Below are positions 1 to 10,142 of a stretch of DNA of 32,000 nucleotides, in pieces. The stretch is from Psychrobacter sp. HD31 (GTDB lineage Bacteria > Pseudomonadota > Gammaproteobacteria > Pseudomonadales > Moraxellaceae). The DNA lies in contig NZ_CP142525.1 in assembly GCF_051097895.1 (NCBI RefSeq), positions 810,001 to 842,000 of the forward strand, in the 5' to 3' direction. The notes below the pieces were generated by a model, which worked only from the letters and a program-made list of their open reading frames with translations, did not search any database and was not told where the DNA came from. A program made the position numbers and the translations under genes. How positions within the stretch are numbered: position 1 is the stretch's first letter; every line of letters begins with the position of its first letter.

Positions 1-102
1 ATCATGTGGGGCGATATGGGGGTAGCAAACTTTTTTATCCAACCAGATGCGCTATTAAACAAAGATTTTAGCAACCTTATTTATAATTGGGATAGCGAAT
101 AA
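1..102 (+). CDS. 3' end of a DUF1963/YwqG-family protein (5' part lies outside the window)
   Basis: Frame 1 is open from the window edge to TAA at 100-102. It translates to [33 protein letters not shown], which resembles the YwqG-family C-terminus (WGDxG...F(F/W)I...DL...DF) as I recall it. Confidence 0.4.
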   Translation: MMWGDMGVANFFIQPDALLNKDFSNLIYNWDSE

Positions 103-154
103 CCAAACCCACACACAGCAAAAATTACACCTATGTTTAATTGAAGGAAATAAA

Positions 155-619
155 ATGCAACAAGTTCAAGTTAAAATTTTAAACAATAAAATTGGCACAG
201 ATCCAAACTTCCCCCTACCTACCCGTGCCACAGATGGCTCGGCAGGTATCGATTTACGCGCTTGCATTGATGAAGCTATTACCATAAAAGCTGGCGAAAC
301 CCAGTTAATTGGTACAGGCTTATCTATCTACATTGCCGACCCAAATTATGCAGGGCTGATTTTACCTCGCTCTGGTTTGGGACATAAACATGGGATTGTA
401 CTAGGTAACTTAGTTGGTTTAATCGATGCCGATTATCAAGGCGAACTCATGGTTAGCGTTTGGAACCGTAGCAAAACTGACTTTGTATTAAACCCTGCCG
501 AACGTATGGCTCAATATATGGTCGTACCCGTTGTACGTCCAGAGTTTAATATCGTTGATGAGTTTAGTGATATTAGTGAACGTGGTGCTGGCGGATTTGG
601 ACACAGCGGTCGTCAATAA
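155..619 (+). CDS. dut: dUTP diphosphatase
   Basis: 154 aa with dUTPase motifs ([38 protein letters not shown]). AAGGAA lies upstream of the ATG. Confidence 0.95.
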   Translation: MQQVQVKILNNKIGTDPNFPLPTRATDGSAGIDLRACIDEAITIKAGETQLIGTGLSIYIADPNYAGLILPRSGLGHKHGIVLGNLVGLIDADYQGELMVSVWNRSKTDFVLNPAERMAQYMVVPVVRPEFNIVDEFSDISERGAGGFGHSGRQ

Positions 620-910
620 CCAAAATACTAAAATAGTTATAAACTTGTTAAGCTCTAAAATAAATATCTTATTTTATAGGGCTTAACAAAGCACAATACA
701 GGCCGCACAAGCCTTTGTTATGGTTTTTTGAATAAAATTAGCAACAATGGAAGCTTAGTACTTGACATAATTTGTGAATATGAGATAACTAATCTATTAA
801 GGAGTTTTAATTAAACTGTAACTTTTATACAATATCTTCATAAATTATTACTTAATATTACAATCTAGTTTTTTATACTAGTAATGATTTAAAAAATAAA
901 GATAAGAAAT

Positions 911-2506
911 ATGCATCCATTTTTACCTCAACAAACGCTGTTTAGAGCCTATGACATCCGTGGTGACTATCGTTACTTTACTGATGATTTTGTTGTTGGG
1001 CTGGCCGATGCATTTAGCAACCACTTTAACCAATTTTCCATTAATGATAAAACACAAATTGCACTTGGACATGATATGCGCCAAGGCAGCCTTGATATTG
1101 CACAAATATTAGCAAGCATATTTACAAAGGCAAATATCGAGGTAATTTGGTTGGGGTTAGTTACCACACCCATAATGGTATATTGGGCAGAGCAATATCA
1201 AGGTCATGGCATCATGATAACTGCCAGCCATTCGGTAAAAAATTACACGGGTATTAAATGGCTAACTGCTGGCGAATCACCAAGCTCAGCAGATATCACC
1301 TCTTTATTTAATAATCTACACAACAGTAAAACCTGTGTGCCAAGCACATTAAACCTTAATCAACTGTGGATAGATTGTCAGTCTCAAATCATTAATCGAC
1401 AAGATGTGGCTATCAAAGAGTACACCCAAGCAATACATCAAGCCATGAAGCCCCTACAAGCTCTAAACTCAAATAAACCGATTAACACCCTTGTGATTGA
1501 CTGTTTAAATGGCGCAACTTCCGACGTTGTTAGTCATATTTTTAGCCAATATGCACAGCAAGTGATTGTGTTAAACGACAACGCAGATGGTAGCTTCCCT
1601 CTAGGTAACCCTGATCCGTGTGAAAACGGACGCTTACAGCAATTACAATCGCAAGTATTAAAGCATGGTGCCGACTTGGGATTGACATTCGATGGCGATG
1701 GTGATCGTATTATGGTAGTCGATAATCAAGGCAAGATTATTGATGCAGATAACCTGTTATATTTATTGGCAAACACCGCCATTGAAGAAAAAAAACTATT
1801 AAAAACAGCAAATAACATGCAAAATACTATTGCTAGTGACCCTGTGTCTAATATCAGTGTCATATTTGATGTTAAATGCTCCCATCACTTGCCAGCTATG
1901 CTCAAAAAATCGGGGGCTAACCCAATTATGAGTAAAACTGGCAGCAGTCATATGCGTCAGCAAATGCAGCAAAGCAATAGCAACACCATCTTTGCTGGTG
2001 AATTATCTGGTCATTTTATTTTTAATGATGGTTTATTTATCTCACATGATGATGGTATATACGCTGGTGTCCGTTTACTAAATTGGTTAGCTAAACAACC
2101 AAATAGCCTACATCACATTATTAATCAACTACCTACCATAGTATCCACGACCGATGTGTATATCCCCGTTCAAAAAGAACAAAAATCCCTATTGGCTCGG
2201 CTGATTACCATTATTAAAAACTGGTTAAATAACCTTGGTACTGCGATTACCAATAAAACTACCCCAGCCATCAAACTACCTAAAGATGCCAAAGTGTGTG
2301 TCATTGATGGTATTCGGCTAGATTTTAAAAACGGCTTTGGCGTTATTCGCCCCTCGAACACTAGCCAGAGCTTTACCATACGTTTTGCTGGCAATACCAT
2401 GGCAGATGTCAAAAAAATACAACAGCAACTGGTTGCGTTGTGTCGCCAAATTGATGACAAACTTGCCAACCAGGTTGCAAAAATACAGCCTGCTTATGGC
2501 ATCTAA
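911..2506 (+). CDS. alpha-D-phosphohexomutase (phosphomannomutase/phosphoglucomutase family) with a non-canonical catalytic loop
   Basis: N-terminal FRAYDIRG, metal loop FDGDGDR and sugar loop GELSGH are present. The phosphoserine loop reads TASHSVKNYTGIK instead of the usual SHNP...NG. The position between dut and argB matches Moraxellaceae-type synteny from memory. Confidence 0.85.
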   Translation: MHPFLPQQTLFRAYDIRGDYRYFTDDFVVGLADAFSNHFNQFSINDKTQIALGHDMRQGSLDIAQILASIFTKANIEVIWLGLVTTPIMVYWAEQYQGHGIMITASHSVKNYTGIKWLTAGESPSSADITSLFNNLHNSKTCVPSTLNLNQLWIDCQSQIINRQDVAIKEYTQAIHQAMKPLQALNSNKPINTLVIDCLNGATSDVVSHIFSQYAQQVIVLNDNADGSFPLGNPDPCENGRLQQLQSQVLKHGADLGLTFDGDGDRIMVVDNQGKIIDADNLLYLLANTAIEEKKLLKTANNMQNTIASDPVSNISVIFDVKCSHHLPAMLKKSGANPIMSKTGSSHMRQQMQQSNSNTIFAGELSGHFIFNDGLFISHDDGIYAGVRLLNWLAKQPNSLHHIINQLPTIVSTTDVYIPVQKEQKSLLARLITIIKNWLNNLGTAITNKTTPAIKLPKDAKVCVIDGIRLDFKNGFGVIRPSNTSQSFTIRFAGNTMADVKKIQQQLVALCRQIDDKLANQVAKIQPAYGI

Positions 2507-2629
2507 CATCATTTAAAGTAAATCACTCACAAAGTTCATGCTTTTTTATTGATTACTTTAACCCTCATTTTACTAACTTTAAGTTGCACACCTCTTGATG
2601 GTTGATGTATATTCTCACCAATCTATTAA

Positions 2630-3556
<927 letters not shown>

Positions 3557-3700
3557 TTATTAGTCATCACTTTTATTGCGTTATAACTTTAATAAGTTAT
3601 AGGATAAATGATTTCATCAATTTGTTTGATGCCTTAGTTTTTATTGTATTTTAAACAATCAGGCACTGACAAATACGACGAGAAATCAAAAAATAGATAA

Positions 3701-3740
3701 AATAATACCCAGCTGTAAAATGCAGCTGGGTTATTTATTA
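3701..3740. terminator. bidirectional intrinsic terminator between convergent argB and the ArsC-family gene
   Basis: CCCAGCTG (3708-3715) pairs with CAGCTGGG (3723-3730) around a 7-nt loop. The stem is flanked by an A-rich run upstream and a T-rich run downstream. Confidence 0.6.
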
Positions 3741-3769
3741 TCAGGCTTTTATTTTAAATCATAAAGATT

Positions 3770-4135
3770 TTAAGCAAACGCTTGCTCAAACGCTGCTTCA
3801 TCAAAACCACACAACAAAATAGCCTCATCACCTTTTGTACTAGCAACAATAGGACGTTTAATCATACTGGTATTTTCGACTAATAGTTCAATAGCAGTAT
3901 TAACATCAGCATCTGAACTCAGCTTTTGTTCATCGGTTAATTTACGCCAAGTTGTACCTCGTTTATTAAGTACTTTTTCAATACCCAGCTCAGCCACCCA
4001 AGTTTGGACAGTCTCGCTATCTATACCCTGCTTTTTATAATCATGGAACTCATAATTTACGCCCAAAGCATCCAGTTTATTAAATGCTTTTTTCATAGTG
4101 CCACACGCTTTAATACCATAAATTTTTGTTGCCAT
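3770..4135 (-). CDS. ArsC/Spx/MgsR-family protein (YffB-like)
   Basis: 121 aa. N-terminal IYGIKACGTMKKA with a single Cys, and the later KRP motif, are typical of this family. Confidence 0.8.
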   Translation of the reverse strand: MATKIYGIKACGTMKKAFNKLDALGVNYEFHDYKKQGIDSETVQTWVAELGIEKVLNKRGTTWRKLTDEQKLSSDADVNTAIELLVENTSMIKRPIVASTKGDEAILLCGFDEAAFEQAFA

Positions 4136-4326
4136 TGCTACGCTCCCTTATTATTTAACTAAATTATCATGTTAATAAAGTCTGTCTATTTTTTGGCATA
4201 TATCATAACATCAAAGATACGGCATACCATACAAATATAATCGCATTTTTGTTCATTTTACGCTATCCTATAAGGTTTATAAAATTATCACTTTTTTAAC
4301 CTGAATATATCGAGTTTAAGTCATTC

Positions 4327-6987
4327 ATGAGCACCACAACCTTAACAGACCAATACAATCCACAAAGTATCGAAGCCAACCAACAAAACAAATGGGCGCA
4401 AGACAAACGCTTTGAAGTCAGCAACGATACAACCGACAAACCAAGCAAATACATGTTATCTATGTTCCCTTACCCTAGCGGTAAACTACATATGGGGCAT
4501 GTACGTAATTACACCATTAGTGATGTATTAAGCCGCTATTACCGTTTAAAAGGGTATGAAGTGATGCAACCAATGGGCTGGGATGCATTTGGCCTGCCCG
4601 CAGAAAATGCCGCTATTGCAAACGGTGTTGCCCCTGCAGAGTGGACATTTAAAAACATTGATAACATGCGTGACCAATTAAAGTCATTAGGCTTATCTAT
4701 CGATTGGTCTCGTGAGTTTGCAACCTGCACGCCAGAATACTACCGCTGGGAACAATGGTTATTTATCCAACTATATAAAAAAGGATTGGTTTATAAAAAG
4801 CTCTCTACTGTCAACTGGGATCCAGTAGATAATACGGTATTAGCAAATGAGCAAGTAGTTGATGGGCGTGGCTGGCGTAGTGGTGCTGTTGTTGAAAAAC
4901 GTGACATACCAATGTACTACTTTAAAATCAGTGACTATGCCGATGAGTTATTGGATGATTTAGACCAATTAGAAGGCCACTGGCCAAAAGAAGTCCTCAC
5001 CATGCAACGCAACTGGATTGGTCGCTCTCAAGGTATGGATTTACACTTTCCTTATCAACTTGAAGGCAAAGAATATAGCTTAGACGTGTTCACCACTCGT
5101 CCAGATACCTTAATGGGTGTTACTTATGTTGCTGTCGCCGCCGAACATCCAATTGCCCAGTTTGCTGCCGAGCAAAATGCTGATATTGCTGCATTTTGTG
5201 AAGAATGTAAACAAGGCAGCGTTGCTGAAAAAGACTTAGCAAAAGCTGAGAAAAAAGGCATGGATACAGGCGTCACGGTAACGCACCCTATCACTGGTGA
5301 ACAAGTGCCTGTATGGGTAGCAAACTACGTGTTAATGAGCTATGGTTCGGGGGCAGTTATGGCAGTACCAGCCCATGATGAACGTGATTTTGAATTTGCT
5401 AACAAATTTGGTTTGCCTATCAAACAAGTTATTGACTTTGCTGATATTGATGATAGCTATGATACAAGTGAATGGAAAGACTGGTACGGTCAAAAACAAG
5501 GCGGTAAGTGCATTAACTCTGATAGCTTTGATGGTATGAACTTTGATGAGGTTGTTGCTGCCATTCTTGCACAACTAGAAGATAAGGGACAAGCCAAATC
5601 AACCATCAATTATCGCCTACGCGATTGGGGTGTATCTCGACAGCGTTATTGGGGTTGCCCTATTCCAACCATCAATTGTGAACATTGTGGCACATTGCCT
5701 GTAGATGAAGCAGACTTGCCAGTTGTGTTACCAACTGATGTGATTCCTGATGGACGTGGTAACCCACTAAATAACAATGAAGAGTTTTTAAACACCACTT
5801 GTCCAAAATGTGGCAGCCCAGCCAAACGCGAAACCGATACCTTTGATACCTTTATGGAATCTAGCTGGTATTATGCTCGCTATGCCTCACCAAATTTTGA
5901 AGATGGCATGATAGAACGCAACGCAGCCGATAAATGGTTACCAGTAGACCAATACGTGGGCGGTGTTGAACATGCCGTTATGCACTTATTGTATGCCCGT
6001 TTCTTCCATAAACTTATGCGTGATGAAGGCTTAGTGAGTGGTGATGAACCATTTGCAAACCTTTTAACCCAAGGTATGGTATTGGCAGGTACCTTCTTGC
6101 GTAAAAATGAAGATGGCAGTACCACTTATTACTTCCCGCATGAAGTGGATATTGATTATGACGATAAGGGACAACCAATTAAAGCCATTTTAAAATCAGA
6201 TGGCGAGCCTGTTACCATTGGTAAAATTGAAAAAATGTCCAAGTCCAAAAACAATGGGGTTGACCCACAACAAACCATCGACCAATATGGTGCGGATACC
6301 GTACGTCTGTATACCTTGTTTACCGCTCCTGCCGACCAAACACTTGAATGGTCAGACGATGCTTTAAAAGGTCCCTACAACTTTGTTAAAAAAGTTTGGC
6401 GTATTGCCTTAGATCACCAACAGTTACTAGAGCAAGCCAAGCTGGGTGCACTAAACTTAGCAGACATCACTCAAGACGCATTAGATAGCAACTCTAAAAA
6501 CCTACGCCGTAAAACGCACGAAACCATAGGTAAAATTGATGGCGACTTGGGAGAACGACTGGCACTAAATACCCCAGTATCAAGCCTTATGGAACTTGCA
6601 AATGCATTGGGTAACTATAAAGCAGATGCTAATAACGCCCAGTCTGTATTGGTTCAACACGAGGCAGTTGTGTATTTACTTACCATGCTTGCCATGTATG
6701 CCCCACACGTTGCAGAGCATGTGTTAGAAAAATTTGGCATTGATACAGCCACACTAAGTTACCCACAAGTTGACGAAAAAGCCTTAGTACAAGATAGTAT
6801 TACTATGGTCGTACAAGTAAATGGTAAGGTACGTGGCAAAATGGAAGTCGCACCTAACTCAAACCCTGAAAATATCAAGGCAAAAGCCAAAGCAATTGAG
6901 AGTGTGGCAAAATACTTAGAAACTGGCGAAATTAAAAAAGAAATTGTCGTACCTAACAAGCTAGTAAATATTGTGGTTGTGGGTTAG
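4327..6987 (+). CDS. leuS: leucine--tRNA ligase
   Basis: 886 aa. Class I signatures are present: HMGH (PYPSGKLHMGHVRNY) and KMSKS (EKMSKSKNNG). Confidence 0.97.
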   Translation: MSTTTLTDQYNPQSIEANQQNKWAQDKRFEVSNDTTDKPSKYMLSMFPYPSGKLHMGHVRNYTISDVLSRYYRLKGYEVMQPMGWDAFGLPAENAAIANGVAPAEWTFKNIDNMRDQLKSLGLSIDWSREFATCTPEYYRWEQWLFIQLYKKGLVYKKLSTVNWDPVDNTVLANEQVVDGRGWRSGAVVEKRDIPMYYFKISDYADELLDDLDQLEGHWPKEVLTMQRNWIGRSQGMDLHFPYQLEGKEYSLDVFTTRPDTLMGVTYVAVAAEHPIAQFAAEQNADIAAFCEECKQGSVAEKDLAKAEKKGMDTGVTVTHPITGEQVPVWVANYVLMSYGSGAVMAVPAHDERDFEFANKFGLPIKQVIDFADIDDSYDTSEWKDWYGQKQGGKCINSDSFDGMNFDEVVAAILAQLEDKGQAKSTINYRLRDWGVSRQRYWGCPIPTINCEHCGTLPVDEADLPVVLPTDVIPDGRGNPLNNNEEFLNTTCPKCGSPAKRETDTFDTFMESSWYYARYASPNFEDGMIERNAADKWLPVDQYVGGVEHAVMHLLYARFFHKLMRDEGLVSGDEPFANLLTQGMVLAGTFLRKNEDGSTTYYFPHEVDIDYDDKGQPIKAILKSDGEPVTIGKIEKMSKSKNNGVDPQQTIDQYGADTVRLYTLFTAPADQTLEWSDDALKGPYNFVKKVWRIALDHQQLLEQAKLGALNLADITQDALDSNSKNLRRKTHETIGKIDGDLGERLALNTPVSSLMELANALGNYKADANNAQSVLVQHEAVVYLLTMLAMYAPHVAEHVLEKFGIDTATLSYPQVDEKALVQDSITMVVQVNGKVRGKMEVAPNSNPENIKAKAKAIESVAKYLETGEIKKEIVVPNKLVNIVVVG

Positions 6988-6999
6988 TTTTAAGTTGCG

Positions 7000-7026
7000 C
7001 TCATGCTAAGCCTGCCTTAGCATGAG
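7000..7026 (+). other. perfect 11-bp stem-loop in the leuS-lptE spacer, with no U-tract
   Basis: CTCATGCTAAG (7000-7010), loop cctgc, CTTAGCATGAG (7016-7026). Confidence 0.5.
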
Positions 7027-7070
7027 ATTGCCCAGCAACGTACATATCATTATAAAAAAATGAGAAAAAT

Positions 7071-7622
7071 ATGAGCGTTAAAAAGTATCTTACTCCAATC
7101 TGTAATGCAACTTTGCTAGCAAGTACACTGGCAATCACTGCATGTGGTTTTCAGTTGCGTGGATATCAAACCAATGATTTAACAGGTTCACAAAGCATTC
7201 AGGCAAGCCAAGTTGCGCTGCAAATTGCAAACAACAAAACCAACAATAAAATTAAAGTCCCACTCACTCGACAACTGACGCAGCTTGGCGTTTATGTTCA
7301 TACCAAACCAACAGCTCAAACAGATATTTCTGCCATTAAAGTTGAAAATATTAGGTTTCGTAAATATGAGTTGGTTGGTATTTTAACTGAAGTTCGTATC
7401 GTGTTAACTGCCGATGTGAGTTACCGTATCAATAACAATGGTAAAATCGCTAACCATACGCAACATTTACAAGTTGAAAACAGCTATCAATACAATGAGG
7501 CATCCGTCAGTATCGAAGATCAACAAGCGCAATATGTGCGTAATGGATTGTATAATACAATTGCTCGACAAATTACTGACCAATACATTGCCTTGACTGC
7601 GCCAGAGATGATGACAAAATAA
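7071..7622 (+). CDS. lptE: LPS-assembly lipoprotein LptE
   Basis: 183 aa. It has a signal peptide with lipobox LAITAC followed by GFQLRG. It sits in the conserved leuS-lptE-holA position. Confidence 0.8.
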   Translation: MSVKKYLTPICNATLLASTLAITACGFQLRGYQTNDLTGSQSIQASQVALQIANNKTNNKIKVPLTRQLTQLGVYVHTKPTAQTDISAIKVENIRFRKYELVGILTEVRIVLTADVSYRINNNGKIANHTQHLQVENSYQYNEASVSIEDQQAQYVRNGLYNTIARQITDQYIALTAPEMMTK

Positions 7623-7626
7623 TCCA

Positions 7627-8670
7627 ATGAATCAGCCATTTTTGTCCGTCTATTCTCGTATCATGACCAATCCAAAGCAGCAATCTGCAACGGGTTTATG
7701 GCTTGCGCACGGCAATGAGCCATTAATGAGCCAGTGGCTTGTTGATGCACTCCGCCCTATTTGGCTAGCGCAAGGGCAAAGTGTGACTCGTATTGAGCTT
7801 GTATCAGCCAAAACCTGGCAAGAAGTTTTAGCAGAACTAAATAGCCTCTCCTTATTTGACCCCGCTAATGCCATTATCGTCACTGGCAACCATAAGCCAG
7901 ATAAAGAAACACAAGCTCAACTAATTGAGTTTGCAAGCCAAGCACAACAAGGACAAAATGATAACCACTTGTTATGGATAACCCCAAAACAAGATAAGCG
8001 AGCTTTATCTGCTAAATGGGCACAGGCTTTTAATCAGCTTGGTTTAATCATTGATTGTAATTTGTATAATGAGCAGCAGCGACAAGACATTTTACAAGGG
8101 CATGCTAACCATTTTGGTTTACAGCTAAATTCCGAGGCATGGCAATTGCTCATGTCTCATACTCAAAATCATTTATTAAGTGCTTATCAATCACTTTGGC
8201 GATTGTCTTACTTGTTTTCTCCACAAATTACCGCCTCATCAAGCAATCAAGCAATGGTAGAAATTAATGCCGAGCAAATGCAAAACGGATTGGTTAGTGA
8301 GTCTAGCTACAGTGTTTTTGATTTATCCGATGCCATGCTTGCAGGCAATGCGCCACAAGTTGTTAAAATTATCGATGCTTTAAAACATACAGATGAGCCA
8401 ACCACGCTGGTACTTTGGTCTGTCTCGCAAGAGATGAGGCGCATTCAACAACTCATGGATGGAAAAGACCCGCAATCAATTGGTATTTGGCGAAGTAAAC
8501 AACGCCTGTATCAATCCGCTGTCAATCGGCATAATTTCCAAAGTACCCAAAATTGGTCTGCACTCTTGTTAAAATGCGATCAATCGATCAAGGGTATTAT
8601 AAAACAGCCTGCATGGGAGCTACTACTGCAACTGTCTTTAGCTGTTTGTGGCGTTAATCTTTTTGCATAA
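7627..8670 (+). CDS. holA: DNA polymerase III subunit delta
   Basis: 347 aa, starting 4 nt after the lptE stop. It shows overall HolA-like similarity by eye and conserved synteny. Confidence 0.8.
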   Translation: MNQPFLSVYSRIMTNPKQQSATGLWLAHGNEPLMSQWLVDALRPIWLAQGQSVTRIELVSAKTWQEVLAELNSLSLFDPANAIIVTGNHKPDKETQAQLIEFASQAQQGQNDNHLLWITPKQDKRALSAKWAQAFNQLGLIIDCNLYNEQQRQDILQGHANHFGLQLNSEAWQLLMSHTQNHLLSAYQSLWRLSYLFSPQITASSSNQAMVEINAEQMQNGLVSESSYSVFDLSDAMLAGNAPQVVKIIDALKHTDEPTTLVLWSVSQEMRRIQQLMDGKDPQSIGIWRSKQRLYQSAVNRHNFQSTQNWSALLLKCDQSIKGIIKQPAWELLLQLSLAVCGVNLFA

Positions 8671-8823
8671 ATCCGTTTTTCATAAGCCAGCTTTCGCTAA
8701 AACACTATATATCATATCGCTATTTATCATCCTTTATACATTGTGTGTATATTCTTTTTTATATTTTTAAATACAAAGATTTTTAGTTAATAAATTTTTG
8801 ATTATTTATCAAAAAACAAGCAT

Positions 8824-8848
8824 AAAAAAACCAGCTTTAATAAGCTGG
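8824..8848 (-). terminator. intrinsic terminator of tRNA-Lys
   Basis: On the minus strand, CCAGCTT-attA-AAGCTGG (8831-8848) is followed by TTTTTTT (8830-8824). It lies 9 nt after the tRNA CCA end. Confidence 0.7.
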
Positions 8849-8857
8849 TTTTAAATA

Positions 8858-8933
8858 TGGTGGGTTGTGCAGGATTCGAACCTGCGACCAATTGATTAAA
8901 AGTCAACTGCTCTACCAACTGAGCTAACAACCC
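8858..8933 (-). tRNA. tRNA-Lys (anticodon UUU), CCA encoded
   Basis: The reverse complement reads GGGTTGTTAGCTCAGTTGGTAGAGCAGTTGACTTTTAATCAATTGGTCGCAGGTTCGAATCCTGCACAACCCACCA. It is 76 nt with anticodon loop CT-TTT-AA and is nearly identical to enterobacterial lysT as I recall it. Confidence 0.95.
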
Positions 8934-8946
8934 TAAGTGAGCGGAT

Positions 8947-8974
8947 ATTATACCCAATAATTTTTTTATTGCAA
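8947..8974 (-). promoter_or_regulatory. sigma70-type promoter of tRNA-Lys
   Basis: On the minus strand: -35 TTGCAA (8974-8969), 16-nt spacer, -10 TATAAT (8952-8947). A GC-rich discriminator (CCGCTC) follows. The upstream region is A/T-rich and UP-like. Confidence 0.6.
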
Positions 8975-9020
8975 GCCTAATAACAAAATATATTTTAATA
9001 ATTTTTTTTGGCTAAAAAAA

Positions 9021-9485
9021 TTAAAATATTCCAGCATCAACACCAGCTGCAACCGTCATTGCAAGTTCTGCCACTTGTTCAATAAAATCATCACGCCACG
9101 CCCCTTTAAGTACTAAAGGTTGTTGCACTAACTGCCATTTAAGCCCATTATTGATGGTTTTCAAAGCGCGTTTTGTTCCTTCTCCATCAAACCCAGCTCT
9201 AATATAAATGGCATATGCCATACCTTGTTTTTTATCTAAACACTGATAATAGCACCTATCAAAAAAGTCTTTGGTTAACCCTGCCATATACCCTAAATTT
9301 TCGGTTGTACCCAATATCACAGCATCGGCAGTTAGCACATCATCAGCCTGTGTATGTTGCGGTGACTTACAAACCACCTCAACGTCAAAATCGTGATGGT
9401 TAGCAGCCCTATTAGCCGTATCCGCTAATGCTTGGGTATTTGCCGATGGCGCATGTGCAATAATTAATATCTTTTTCATATTCAT
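9021..9485 (-). CDS. flavodoxin-like fold / NAD(P)H-dependent oxidoreductase family protein
   Basis: The MKKILIIAHAPS... start and overall pattern are typical of the flavodoxin-like fold. The ORF is open to 9509, but the start is more likely at 9485 or 9479. No clear SD is present. Confidence 0.7.
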   Translation of the reverse strand: MNMKKILIIAHAPSANTQALADTANRAANHHDFDVEVVCKSPQHTQADDVLTADAVILGTTENLGYMAGLTKDFFDRCYYQCLDKKQGMAYAIYIRAGFDGEGTKRALKTINNGLKWQLVQQPLVLKGAWRDDFIEQVAELAMTVAAGVDAGIF

Positions 9486-9552
9486 TGACCAGTTGCTAGT
9501 AATTGACAATGGACTAAATAAAAACTAATACATAATCAGTAACGCATTACAG

Positions 9553-9957
9553 TTACGCAAAAACAAATTCAACATTTTGTAAAATATCTGGGTGGATGCT
9601 TTTAGCAACAGGGCAAGTGAGTGCCGCTTTTTGTAATATTTTCTTATCTTTATCACTGATTACACCCTGAGCCTTAATCAACACATCTACTTGCGCAACT
9701 CTACGAGGATCAGTAGCCATCAATTTGGTTACCTCTGCGGTACTCCCTGTTATATCTAAGCCCATATCATCCGCTTTAATCCCCATAATTGTCATCATAC
9801 AGCTTGCTAGGCTAGTTGCTAATAGATCGGTAGGAGAAAAAGCCTCCCCTTTACCATGATTATCGGTTGGTGCATCCGTTATAATTTGGTTATTAGATTG
9901 TAGATGCACGGCCATCGTTCGTAATTGCCCTTGGTAAGTGACGCTAGCGGTTGTCAT
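9553..9957 (-). CDS. OsmC/Ohr-family peroxiredoxin-like protein
   Basis: 134 aa with the two conserved Cys contexts (LASCMM and LTCPV). Confidence 0.85.
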   Translation of the reverse strand: MTTASVTYQGQLRTMAVHLQSNNQIITDAPTDNHGKGEAFSPTDLLATSLASCMMTIMGIKADDMGLDITGSTAEVTKLMATDPRRVAQVDVLIKAQGVISDKDKKILQKAALTCPVAKSIHPDILQNVEFVFA

Positions 9958-10142
9958 TAGTACTCCTCATTTTATAAATTGCTATATTGGCTAAATTACA
10001 CGTAAGTTACGCCTAAATTACTTTGGTATTTTATCCAGTTAATTCGTTATTTTATACTACCAAATTGACGTCTGTTTTAATAGTTTATCGTGCTATCATT
10101 GGTGTTGAAATGAATGCAACACACTTATAACTTTTAAATATA

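Noticed and set aside
2602-2617. An ARG box (ArgR operator) upstream of argB: TTGATGTATATTCTCA.
   Set aside because: It has several mismatches to TGAAT-W4-ATTCA, and I found no tandem second box.
8858-8933. tRNA-Lys as a genomic-island integration site.
   Set aside because: There is no integrase or phage gene on either side. I could not see any duplicated tRNA 3'-end fragment in the flanks. The neighbours (holA, flavodoxin-like, OsmC, dinB) are ordinary chromosomal genes.
10072-10087. A LexA/SOS box upstream of dinB.
   Set aside because: CTGT is followed after 8 nt by TTTA, not ACAG, so it is only a half-site.
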